A stretch of DNA of 64,000 nucleotides from Adineta vaga (lineage: Eukaryota; Animalia; Rotifera): positions 4,340,001-4,404,000 of the forward strand of contig CP075497.1 in the NCBI GenBank assembly GCA_021613535.1, in the 5' to 3' direction. The notes under the pieces were generated by a model. That model searched no databases. It saw only the letters and a program-made list of their open reading frames with translations, and was not told the origin of the DNA. This document shows, one piece after another, positions 39,380 to 53,947 of the stretch. How positions within the stretch are numbered: position 1 is the first letter of the stretch; each line of letters begins with the position of its first letter. The position numbers were made by a program, and so were the translations under genes.

Positions 39380-42300
39380 CCAATTATCAAAAACACGATT
39401 TATGCAGGGTTTCATTTCGACACTGTAGCCTTTTAACGTTCATTTATTTTCAACATAACACTATTATTCATTGCTATATCATTTAGTTTCTCTAACATAT
39501 AGATACACATATTGATTATTAAAATTATTGTTCTTTGAATATTGAGAAAAACTGAGAACAGTCGATCGAGAAGAAAAACATTTTGCATGTCTACCTTGTT
39601 TCAATGTAAACAATAGTTACTTCGTTGTCATATAATTTAATCTACATAAAGAGAAAGTGACATGCTATACTGAGTAACTTCATAGAATTTATTCGAGAGA
39701 AAAAGAAAGTGTATGTTAATGGCTCCTAAAGGTTTGTTTTGTCATAAAAAATTTATGAAAAAATGTCCTTATTGTTAATTGATAGATATCAATTACAAAG
39801 TGATTATCGTTACTGGAGAATCTGGTATTAGTGCTAATGTGATTCTATGTATTTTTGGTGACAAAGATACAACGACGAATTTACCTTTAAAAACAACGAA
39901 AGATGGTTCGATTGCTAGATTTGAGAAAGACAGTACACTTGAATTTGATATTAATGCAGTTGATGTTGGAAAAGTAAGTGTTATTTTCATTGACAATTGA
40001 TGCGATATATTGAAGAGGAAATCTTCTGTTAGATTAAAAAGATTAACATCGGTCATGATGGTAAAGATAGTGATCACGAATGGTTTTTAAAATCAATTCA
40101 AGTAGAAAAGATAGATGAACAATATACGTAAGTTGAATTATAGAAGAAACTTTCTTGATAAGAGTGTGAGTTAATACTAGTTTTCAAGCAAATCGATGGT
40201 TAAGTACAGAAAAAGATGATAAAAAAACATTTATTGATCTTATACCTGATGAACCAAAACCACCGACACCATTATCGAATAAAGGTAAGTTTTGAATCAA
40301 TTGATAATTTTCTGACTTTTTATTTTTATTCTATAGATCAATCGACATACTTAATTACGATTGTGACAAGTTCTAGAAAAGATGCTGGTACAGATTCCAA
40401 TGTATTCATGACAATTTTCGGTGATAAAGATATCACAAAACAATTTCAATTAACAAATACTAAACAAGGTGATAAAGCTTTATTTAAATCTGGCGAAACA
40501 AATGAATTCGAAATGGAATTAGATGATGTTGGAATTGTATGTCAAGTACAAATTTATTTAACAATTGTCTTCATGATTTTTCATATAGATTAATAAAATT
40601 AATATTGGTCATGATGGTCAAAGTCATGATTCACAATGGTATTTAGAATCAATTCAAATTCAAAAAGGATCAAACAAATATAAGTAAGAAAGAAATAATA
40701 TTGTATTTTTAGTTTATTTGAACTTTTTCTCTCTTAGCTTTGTCGTTAAACAACTTCTTGATCAAACAACATCATTTATTGATGTAACTCCAATATTACC
40801 AAGTATGATATAAGAAAAAGAATGCTTTTTTTTGTAATGTTTATGTTTCCTTTTAATCTTGTAGATACAACATCAAGTTCAGAGTCCATTCAAATGAAAT
40901 CATCACGTAGTATAACACCTATTAAAGGTTTGTTTTCTGTATTTATAACTATATTCATTTGTGGATCGAAATCACTTGATAGAAACGTCTTATAAAGTTT
41001 CAATTCAAACTGGTTCAACACAAAAAGATATGATTAAAGATAACGTGAATCTCTACATCGTTATCTATGGAGAAAATAATCAAACTGAAAAATTATATTT
41101 AACAAGTGGTTTGATATCAACAAAAACATTTACAATTAAAAAAGATGAGAAAAATGATTTTCAATTTAATACAGCTGATGTTGGCAAAGTTTGTTATTGC
41201 AATAAAATGAATTCTCAGTAATAATCTGTTTCACATATATATTTATGATAGATTACAAAACTTGTTATTGGACAAAATAATTCTGAAAATCCAATCATTT
41301 GGTATATTGATCATGTGATCATTAATGAAACTATAACGTAAAATTCAGCATCAAATTACGATTCTCAACGAAATTTTATGATTATGGTTTTAGATTCAAC
41401 GCAGAACAAACGCTAAATTCCAGTTCAGAAATTGAATTATATCCATCATCTATACCAAAAAAGACAGGTAGATCTCATTCTTCTATCAATTTATAGTTTA
41501 ATTCTTATGTTTTGTAGAAATTATATATAAAATTCTTCTTCAAACCGGTGCATATCATCAAGAAGGATCAGATAGTAACATCTACTTAACTATAGTTGGA
41601 AAAAATGGTCAAACAAAAAAACTTCCACTAAATAAAACAACACGAAAAAGTCGAAAGAATTCTTTCAAAACTGATGAACGAATTGAATTCGAATTGAAAG
41701 CAAAGGATGTCGGAAAAGTAAGTTTTATCAAGTCATTCTTTATCAACTATCATTCTCATTTTAGATTTCGAAAATTATTCTTAGTCAAAATCCGAATCAA
41801 CATGGAATTCATTGGCATATTGATCGTCTTACAATCATGCATAACAATGAAACAACAATGTAACATATTATTTTGTTTTTCTGTTTTCTTTTCTTTCAAT
41901 AAAATCAATTTTAGATTTCATATTCAACGTAAAAATGAAAAAATGATGGAAATTGAATTAATTCCTGTGTCTCAATCGAAACAATCAGGTAAAAGATGAT
42001 TTAAATCAAAAGAGAGATATTTCATTTATCTTTTTAGAATCACCACGAAAAATTATGAAAACATTAGATTCGATATCTAAAGTAGCTGTTAAAAGGAAAG
42101 GTAAGCATTGTGAGAAATAATATTTTTTGTTAATGTAATATGAAATACTCCCTCAAGAGACAAAGTAACAGAGCGAAGAGAAGAAAAAGAAAGAAAAAGA
42201 AAGTCAATAGTTACGTTTAGAAACATTAACAAACGAAAGTAAACTGACTATTTTTTCAATAAGTGTGTTCGTATAAAAATAAAGAAATAGATTCAGAATT

Positions 42301-44123
42301 CACTCTTTCCAATGAGCAGAATTCAATCAGTAAGATCGCCTCGTAAAACACGAGATGGTAATAAATATATCAGAATTTATTCATAACAATTCTAATCCAT
42401 GATTTTTAGATGCTGATTATACGATTATTATCACTACAGGTGAACAAGCCATTGAAGTACCAGTTTCAATGAAAATTCGTGGTGATTATGGTACCGTTAG
42501 TATTCCATTAAGTCCAACAAAAGGTGGTGAAAAAGCTTTTCAATCAAAAGCAACGAATGAATTTTCGTGTCAAACAACGGATGTTGGTAAAATTCAACAA
42601 ATAACAGTTGAACATAACGAAAAAGACAAAGATATTCTTTGGCATTTGAAAACAGTTCAAATAAAGAAAGGAAATGAAACCTATAAGTAAGACATGGCAA
42701 TGAAGAAAGATAAAAAAAGAGAAAAGTGAAACTTTTGATTTTAGTTTTAATGCTGATGTTCGTCTGGATCGTAATGACAATAAAGTTAATCTTTATCCTG
42801 TTGGTGCTTTATCTGGTCATCAACGAGATGATTATGTACAAAGTGAATTACGTCGATTACGAGAAAATCTTCGTTGTGAATCATCAAAATTACATCGACC
42901 ACCACAGTTAATCTTTCTTTTTTTCAAGTTATTTCTAATGAAATTCAACATCTTTTTATCTATTTAGTAAACCTCATGAACCATTTGTTTTCAATAATTT
43001 AAAACCTTATTTTGATACAAGTTCGGTAGAAAAAGCAATCTATTCAGTAAATATCTGAAGGGAAAGAATAACTTTTCATCTCGATTTTGTTTTTAAGCCT
43101 GTGAATATTCCATCGGGTTATTATACACGTGTAACTGCCCTTCGTATTGTTGAACCATGGGAAGCCTATGGTATGGATTACGGTGTTAATTATGATTTAT
43201 TAAAACATCGTAGAAATCGAACTTTAAGTGGTAAACCAATGTAAGTACCTATTTCGTTGTTTTCGTGTGTGTAACTTGTTTGATTTTGTAAATCTTTCAC
43301 ATATTTGCACAAATAATCCTACTGTTTGATTTCATTTGGTTTTGTTCGTCATTGTTCTTTTAGTAAAACTGTTTCACAATATGGTATGATGATGATTCCA
43401 CCACTCACACTACCTTTTGGTGGTCATATAAGACATATTAATACAGCTAAATTGGAATATCTGATGAGAGAACGATCACGTTTATCGAAACATCGATCTC
43501 TATCAAGATATAATACTAACATTACTATTAATAAAAGTTCATAATTTCATTTTAACATCTTGTTCTTTTTTGCTTTATGCTTCTTAATCATATGCGTTTA
43601 TCTATATTGTTATTTGTATGTGAAATAAATCTGTACAAATATCTTCCTATTGCTTTCATGCTACTTTATTTATCCATTATAGACCACCAAAACCCGATGA
43701 ATCAGCTGATCGTAAACAAGGTTCAACTCATTTACCGTCATATCCTTGTGTCAATATGCGAAAACCTCCTGAATATACACGACCATTAACCGTAAATGAT
43801 ATTCCCAAAATAAGGTTAGTTCACTTCATCGCTTCAGTGTACTGTTCTTTCTAACTTTTGTATAACTTAGAACATTGATTCGAACTCGTTATACCAGTCA
43901 AGCGGATACGCAAAAAGAAAAAGATTACAAACGAACACATGATGATTTATATCGTATGCAGTTAGACAATCTCGATGCATATCATGAAACTAATCGAGAA
44001 AACATGTTACGAGTTTATCATTCCTACTTAGAAAATACACCCGGTTCGAAGAAAGCATTACGTGAATTATGTGGTCAAATATCACCCAAAAATACCAAAT
44101 CAAACGACAAAACTGCAGTTTAG
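37527..44123 (+). CDS. Multi-PLAT/LH2 domain protein (LOXHD1-like), 8 PLAT repeats plus a non-PLAT C-terminus
   Basis: Repeated Y.I.V.TG...GT...V...I.G ... F.....D(V/I)G.I..I.IGHD....W.L motifs starting near 37765, 38221, 38787, 39786, 40338, 40983, 41518 and 42410. Confidence 0.88.
39348..39375. repeat. (CT)n microsatellite in a PLAT-gene intron
   Basis: ctctctct... run visible directly. Confidence 0.9.
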
Positions 44124-44633
44124 CACATACGTTTTTTTCTCATTTAATACATGAAAAGAAAAGGAAAAAGAAAGAAAAACTTTATATGTGTCATACACAA
44201 ATTTGTACCAAGAGAAAAGAAGAGCATTGTCGCCATCTTTTAACACATGATAGAACAAAAGAAATTGAACATACACTGCAGAAATAAAGTATGAAAGGAA
44301 AAAACAGATTGTTGACATAAAAAAAAAGCAGGAAATTCAAATACCGGACGGTCGACAATTGACAATGATGATGATGATAATGATGATAGAGAAAGGAAAA
44401 TAACAAAAACTCGAGATGAAGAAATTCAATTAGAATATCGAACACTAATACTGAGCACACATTCACACTCACAAAAAATTGATAATAAAACCTGAGAGAA
44501 GTCACCGTTGAGGAAACTTATATACATCTAAATATTTGACAAGTGTGCAATATAGATATCATGTAATCATCAAGACAGAAATATTGAGCTGACGAAGAGT
44601 ACAATGGCACTGCACCGGCAAACTATCTGGCAT

Positions 44634-46923
44634 TTAATTATTATTATTTAGAATGGTTTGTTGAGATGGCAATGAAATCAAAGTCGTCGTTGTTTGTTGT
44701 TGTTCACTAGGAGAATAATCAAGCCAACTATAATCCGGTTTCGTGTCAACACCATCAAGAAAATCAATTTCCATATCCTACAGAAAAATAGATTTTATCA
44801 TATCCATTGCATTTAAAGCGGATAATTTACATACTACTACGACATTCGTTGCTTCACGATGAAGAACTTCAAAAATACATTTTTGTACTTGTCCATCTGT
44901 ATTCATTTGTAAACAGAGAAGACGTTCCGCAACTAGAAATTATTTTAAATATATAGTTAAAAATAGTTTACTATGTTTCTTTTCAAATCTCTTACTTAAA
45001 GCATCAAGTGCACGTAGTTTCGATAATAATAGAAGTAATTTAGTAAAATGCATCGGATCATTCGCACGATTTTTTCCAATATGTAATCTTTCCACTTCAC
45101 AATAACGTGTTTGAAGTTCTTCTACTTTCAATCTTGTACTTTGCCCTTCAATACGATCTATATCATAGCAATAAACAGAATAGCATTTTCTATCTATGAT
45201 ATTTCTTGAAAAACTTACCATAACTGAAAAATACAATACAACAAAGTAATACAAACTCTTCAATTGTTAATTCTAATCGACTGAATATTCTACAGAATTG
45301 TAAAAATGTATGTCCATAACATCCAAAACCTTGTGTCATGAGTGTATGTTCATCAACACAAGCACCATTCGATAAATAGAGTTTATCTTCTTCGGGTTCA
45401 TATCGATAGGCTAAACGAAGTAAAGCTACTTCATGTGCACCTAATTTAAGTAAATGTGCACGTTCTTGAATCGATAATTCATTATTTCCAGGCATTTGCA
45501 TACAAAATTGTATGCATTGCATGATACCTTTTTGACTGAATTCATCTGCAGTTTGCCATCGAAGATCTGGTTTTTCCTTTAAAATGAAAAATAAATGTCA
45601 TTTATTCAACATAATAGAAAGACTGAAACAGGTTCTCAACAATTGTACAACTTACATCAATCTCTTGTGATGGTTTAAAATTGAATGTTGATTTATGTAA
45701 ATTAACACAAATTTTAATTAATTTGTCATCATCAGAATTATTGTCTATGATAGGTCGTGTTGTTGGTAATTTAGGTGCAAGAACAGGAAGATATTCTGCT
45801 GATGGTACATGATGTACTTCATCGATAGAACGTTTTATAATTGGTGCAGCTCGTTTTTTAGTAGGTCGTTCTACACGTACGTTTGCAGCCTTTGGATCTG
45901 CTTCATTTAATAGTTTTTTTGCTTGATTTGATAAGCGTAATTCTTCTTTACTCATTCCAACAGAAAAACATTTTTGAAAACGCTAAATAAAACAACCGAT
46001 AATTCAATGAAATTCAGAAAACGAATCGGTATTCATTACACAATATTGACAACGATTTCTTGTCATTTTGTTAATTTCACAATTTTGATCTTTATGACAT
46101 TGATATGTCATATTTTTCTGAACACTACGTCGAAAGAATCCCTAATAAAATAGATATTCATCCATGAATTATTAACATTCATCAGAACCAAATCACTCAC
46201 TTTACATCCTACAAAGAACGGATAGAAGAGAGATTCTAGAGAATAATTTCAAATCTTTTTTTCGTCTTACCTTCACAACTGGACACACCGTAATGATATC
46301 CTGAACTTTTATCACCACAAACTACGCATGGTTTATAAACTCTCGGTGGAGGAGGTGGTGATGCACTAACTGGTGTTGTTGCCGGTTTATTGATTGTCTG
46401 TAAATTGATTTGTTGAATATTATACATCGGTTGATTAGGTATAACTAAACAAAATTTTTCAAATCAGAAAAAAAGAATATTTCCTTCTTAAAATCAAAGA
46501 TTTTACTTGATGTATTATAAACAATATTATCAAATGTAAATGTTTGTTGTTGATTGCTATTAAATTGATTTGCATTGCCATTGAAATATTGTGTTGTTGT
46601 TGGAATAGTTCCTTCTGCTTTAATTACTTGTCCATTTGTTACATTAATCCCAGAGCTAAAATATTCATCCGTTGTCGTAGCCATCAAAACATTTCCTAAA
46701 CAATCATGTTTTGTTTCTTTATTGATATCAAGGAAACAATAACACTACCTATTTGTCGATTTTTAATCGGTGTATTACCATGATTAGGATTTAAATGTCC
46801 AAGATTTTCATTTGTTGATACACTGATTGTTTCTGCACATGCTAATGTATGATAATCATCTGTATTTTCAACGAAAAAATCGTTATAATCAAATGATTCA
46901 TGTAAAAGGCCGTTGTCATCCAT
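44634..46923 (-). CDS. RAR: Retinoic acid receptor (NR1B) orthologue
   Basis: [80 protein letters not shown]; [16 protein letters not shown]...SNG...GFG. Confidence 0.9.
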
Positions 46924-47456
46924 TTTGAATATACTTCAATGAATCATTTTAGAAATCTAAATGAGACATTTTTTTCATGATTTCTATTTTATCTAGTCAT
47001 TATTCCAGAACATACTTGATTGCAAAGAAAAAACTGAAGAACGCTCAATATGAGATGGACTATTATTGCTCAGTTGAGCTAAGCAACAAATAACATAAAC
47101 GGTGTGAACGTATATCGATACGTATGTGTATGTTCCACGCGAAAGCGAACGAACGAGAATTCTTTTTTTTTGTTTCTTTCCTTTCTTTCTTCCTTTTTTT
47201 TCCTATTATGACCATAGGACTGCATTGGTCAGTGTTTATCGTCCTCGATATGTCGTCGTCGTCGTGGCCGCCGTCAACGGCGGCGGCGGCCGTTTTCTTC
47301 CCGCTGTTCAATGATGTACAGACAATGATAAGCTGTTGGCACAATGCCATGTTTGACCAAGAACAAAAGAGAAAGAACGAAAGGAAAGAAAGAAAAAAGA
47401 ATTCAATTTCCTTTACTATGTGAACACTGGTAGTAATGACTTGAAGCTATTTTTGT

Positions 47457-47473
47457 TGAACTTTAGATGACCC
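47457..47473 (-). promoter_or_regulatory. Canonical DR5 retinoic acid response element GGGTCA-tctaa-AGTTCA
   Basis: Plus strand reads TGAACT ttaga TGACCC, an exact RGKTCA-n5-RGKTCA, about 530 bp upstream of the RAR ATG. Confidence 0.65.
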
Positions 47474-48129
47474 CTCGATGATAAGAAGAGGAAAGGATGT
47501 TTTTTATGTTCTTTTCTTTTGTCATGGATTTTGAAAATTGAATATTAGTTGATCAAAATCTTGTTAACTCAAATAACGGAAGAGAAATAAATATGTCGAT
47601 TGAATTAGTTTCGCAGATGAATGAATACATATTCGATTAATAATATGATCCTTACGTCAATACTGTAATATTGTATATTTTGAATCAATTTCAAATGATG
47701 AAATTTGACTATGAATGAACAAATCGTTTGTAGAAAGCTATAAGCATTTCAAGGATATCAATTGTTAAACCATTATCATATCTAATTTGTGCATCTATTC
47801 TTGATAATAGTTACCATATCAATATATCTATCAAATAGAACAACGTATCTAACTCTGTAACCAATCTTATCTTTATTCAATACGATATGTTTTGTCTCAC
47901 ATATCATTATTTTGAATACATATGCAATCAGAATGGTTTCTTCGAGTGAGAAATGCTGTTTTTATTTATATTACATGTAAATTCTTCGATATTTGACAAT
48001 GATACAAAGATTTGTCCAAACTGACATAAAATACATCATGAGAAATGCGAATCAAAATGTTTTTTTTTGTATGTTTAAAAGATTCTTAAAAACGAGAATA
48101 ATGTTCGAATCATTCGTAAGTACATTCAT

Positions 48130-49429
48130 TTAATATTTGGCGAAAAATATCTGTTAAAAATTTTCAACATTTTGATAAAAAGTTGCCTAAAATAGAAGTA
48201 TGTAAATAGATTTTACTCAATATACATTCATTGATCTACGTACTGGTGTTGGTGAATATTGTGCATTATTCTCTTCTCCATCACTATCACTACTATCACG
48301 TTGATTTGTTGGACGAGATTCTAAAAAAGAAACAAAATATTTAAGTAAAGTTGTTGTTGTTGTTTTATCTAATTACCATTCGTAGAATTTGTTGTGAGTT
48401 TAGAATAACAAGCATCACAAACACGAACGGATTTCGAATCTAAATGTGGTAAGAGAAAACGCTTCTTTGAACATCCATCACAAACGATGTAACCACAATT
48501 TCGACAATGCTATTCAAATAAATACATTAAACATCAAATATTATACATGCAAACGTTTTCATACATGTTTACGATTGTAGGCTGAGAATTTAGTCGTGCG
48601 ACAATGCATACAAGTATCAGATTTATCGTCTGGCACCCAATGTGCTGCAACAGTATTATTTTCAGAATGACGACGACCTTCTAAATAAATCATTTAAAGT
48701 TTCAAAGATCGTTTGAGAAATTTTCTTTGATTCAGACCACGAGTATGACGAATACAACGATCAAGGTGAGCTATCCATTCTTGCCTTTCGCGATCGGAAT
48801 TTGCACGAACAACAAAAGATTTTTTTGGACTACTGATTAACCATGAATAAGGATTTTCTAAGTAGAGAAATCAATTAAATCGAATACAATGTAACATCAA
48901 AGTTCTACCATCACAATCAGTTACATTACTAATTTGTATTTCACATAATGGAATGATTTTTTGTTGAGTATACTAAATAATAATGATCAATTATTTTCAA
49001 ATATAAGATTTTCTTCGAAATTACTAATATATTCTTACTTTACGTCCATTCATAACTACACGTCCATATACAAGAATATCATTAAATAAAAAGAAAGCTC
49101 GTTGTTTTGGTTTTTTTCGACAAACTTTCATTAGAATACCTTCACCAACCAATGCACGACCATCTCTTACCAAAGACTAAATAATTATTCATGTTTAAAT
49201 AAATATCTTTTGAAAAGAAAAGAAAAGAAATACTAACTTGACTGTTAACAAATTTATCTTGAACACTCTTAATTCTCTTGGCATTCTCTGTAGATCGACC
49301 TAGAAAAAAAAACCAACTAAACCTATTTCAAATTAATCCAGTGTCCTTCATTATACTTAATTGAGATAATCCATCTTCTTTCCCTGATGATGATTGAATA
49401 ATCAAGTCTTGTGAATCAACCGAAGTCAT
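48130..49429 (-). CDS. PLEKHF2: PH + FYVE domain protein (Phafin2/PLEKHF2)
   Basis: GRALVGEGILMKVCRKKPKQRAFFLFNDILVYG, AAHWVPD, RKHHCRNCGYIVC, VRVCDAC; the last mini-exon is uncertain. Confidence 0.9.
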
Positions 49430-50219
49430 TTCTACAAGAAACAAAACAATTTACTTTCATTCTTTCAAAAACACTATTCATCTTTCTCAACGCACTGTCT
49501 GAATCAGTAAGTAAAAGAAGAAGAAGAAGAAGAATGAAAAAAAAACTCTTTAAATGTATCGACAATCATTATTCGTATTCATTCATTCCATTGCGATGAC
49601 GTATTCATTCCCAAAAAACGCACATTACAGGAATGGAGAAATGTTTTAACCAATCGAAATAACGCACGAAGCCTTTTGAATTTAACAACTGATCGTGTTT
49701 TATATAGTGCTATTTCTGCTTGTCAAATAAATAATTTGCATGATTGTATGAATCATTATTACATAGAAGAAATAGTTAATCGTAGTGAAAATTCATACTC
49801 GAATATATTTCTTTTTAATCGAAAAATAAATCTATATAGTTTATTTATAAAAGAAATGTTATTCTTGTTTTTTCTACATATCCAATTACAGTATAACGAA
49901 TAATCGAAATCAACGTATTTCTTGTGATATTTATCGACGTATTCTGTAATATATACATTCATGCTACTGTCTTTTTCTCCTTCATTTATTACAATATATA
50001 CTACGACCTTTGATTTCTTTCTAATCAACTCCAATCTTGTAATATATGTATGAGTAGGTGTTCGTTTCATTTCTTTTTCTCCTCTCTCTTTCCTACTCCG
50101 TTCTCCTTTTTTTCTCTTACTCTCATATCGATACAGTATTACAGGCAAGTAAAATAATTGTATTGTAGGTATTTCATTCATCCTTGTCGTTTACAAACAT
50201 ACAGTTATACTTACCGAAT

Positions 50220-51919
<1,700 letters not shown>

Positions 51920-52348
51920 TCTAAATAGCATTCTAACTGTGATAAGAACTTTGATATGTGTATTTTTTTTCTCGTTTTTTTAATACATTTCATCATTATT
52001 TAGGTAATGTACTGTGATTTGTGACCGGAGTTCTAGAGACATATAAGTATTTATTCTTGTTCGTTTTTTCCCTTGGTCTAAATGTTAATAATCTCATTTT
52101 CTTTTTGATCGTTTCTTTAATTGATTAACCATTTCTACTAATATCTCAATAAAAACAGTATTTACTTTTTTCATACATCTAAATACAATTAAATAGTCCA
52201 TATATAATCGTGTATTTCTACATCTATAAGCGTTATGATACATAAAATATCACGAATATATATATATATATATCTAGTACAATAAGAGATTTTAAAAGAT
52301 AATAAATATTTACGAAAAAAGAACAAATTTGATAGAAAACCATTAGTT

Positions 52349-53947
52349 TTAATGTTCACTTATTACTTTAATTGGTGGTTTGATTTGTGAAAGCATGTTT
52401 GAATTATCATTTTCAACCTGTCGTAATGTATTATCCATGTAAGTCAATTGACGACGATTGTATGGATTATTTGGACTTGGAGATGGAGTATTTCGGTATG
52501 TATTATTTGGATTTGGAGATTGACGAGCATATGATGAACTATGTAGATGTGAAGGTTGATGTCGATAGGACATGCTCTCTGGATAGACAATTGGACGATT
52601 AGAGTTTATATTCATAGAGCTAGCACTGTGTTCATAGTAAGATGTGTTAGGTTTAACTATATCTTGTTCAGAAAACATCAAATAAGTATCACTTGCTCTT
52701 CGACTATCACGTTTAAGACTGTTCAAATTCAGTTGTGAACGTCTTTGTTCATCTGCATTCGATCTTTGTTGTCCTTGATCAAATTTCTTTCCATGAACAT
52801 ATAAGCCTTTTGCTATTGCCATAATAAATCTTCCTTCGAACAACTTTTTTATCCAATGTTCAGGAAGTCTCTGAATGCCATATACTGCACCCGCTAGTTC
52901 ACCATAAATAGCTGCTGTTGTATCTGTATCATCACCGATGTTCACAGCAGCGAGAGCACCTCTTTCAAATGAATCACCATCATTATAAAATGCCCATAAA
53001 GCAGCTTCCAATGATTCTAATACATAACCTCGACCACGTATACCATCATCATAGCCTTTCTTATGTTTATATGAACCTCGCGCAATTTCAAGAACATCTC
53101 TATGTAATGGTATATTAAGATAATCTTGACAGAAATTTGCGTGTAGAAGTTGTTTTTTTGAAAAACCATTGATAGCATGCCAAATAAGACCAGCATAGAA
53201 TTGACAAGCATCAACTGCTTTTTGATCACCATGTGTAAGTCTCGTTGATTCATCGATATATTGTTTAACACTATCATATGATTGAAAATAGAATAGAGGT
53301 AAAGGTGCTAAACGCATCAAAGCTCCATTACCAGCTGCATCTAATGTTCCACATTTGACATCAAAGCCAAACTGATGATAATAATATTCAATCAAATCAT
53401 CGTTCAGCGAAAAACTCCCATTACTAGAACCGTTCTGTTGCATTTTTAAACTTATAACTTGACGTTGTCGATTTTCGAATTCTTCAATAGCTTGACGAGT
53501 AGATTTGCCAATATCAAAACATCTTCCTGTCGATGATAAATATCCATTTCTAAACCAACGTTTATAGCGTGCAAATTGATCATAAGTATCAGATTTTCCT
53601 TTTATGATAAGACTAGCTGCAAGACAAAGTGCCATCGATGTATCATCCGTCCATTGACCAGCACGAAGACCCCATGTACCACCACTTTGCATATCTGTTA
53701 CTGGATGTTGTCTTAAAAATTCATATGGACGAAATTCTACAGATGCTCCAAGAGCATCACCTATGGCAAGACCCATAAGAGAGCCTTGAATCTTTCGAAT
53801 AATCTCACTATCACTTACATCTAATTCAGGATCATGAAGATATTTAAATTCTTTGTAAGGTTGATCAGAATCAAGTAGTTGACTCAACGTAGACACTGGT
53901 CTATCTTGCTGATCATTGTTAAAGTGTGCTACAAGGTACCTTGTCAT
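52349..53947 (-). CDS. ADP-ribosylglycohydrolase (DraG/ARH family), intronless, low-complexity C-terminal tail
   Basis: GLAIGDALG, GQWTDDTSMALCL, FDIG, GNGALMR, THG, GDDTDTTAAIYGELAGA. Confidence 0.93.
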   Translation of the reverse strand: MTRYLVAHFNNDQQDRPVSTLSQLLDSDQPYKEFKYLHDPELDVSDSEIIRKIQGSLMGLAIGDALGASVEFRPYEFLRQHPVTDMQSGGTWGLRAGQWTDDTSMALCLAASLIIKGKSDTYDQFARYKRWFRNGYLSSTGRCFDIGKSTRQAIEEFENRQRQVISLKMQQNGSSNGSFSLNDDLIEYYYHQFGFDVKCGTLDAAGNGALMRLAPLPLFYFQSYDSVKQYIDESTRLTHGDQKAVDACQFYAGLIWHAINGFSKKQLLHANFCQDYLNIPLHRDVLEIARGSYKHKKGYDDGIRGRGYVLESLEAALWAFYNDGDSFERGALAAVNIGDDTDTTAAIYGELAGAVYGIQRLPEHWIKKLFEGRFIMAIAKGLYVHGKKFDQGQQRSNADEQRRSQLNLNSLKRDSRRASDTYLMFSEQDIVKPNTSYYEHSASSMNINSNRPIVYPESMSYRHQPSHLHSSSYARQSPNPNNTYRNTPSPSPNNPYNRRQLTYMDNTLRQVENDNSNMLSQIKPPIKVISEH

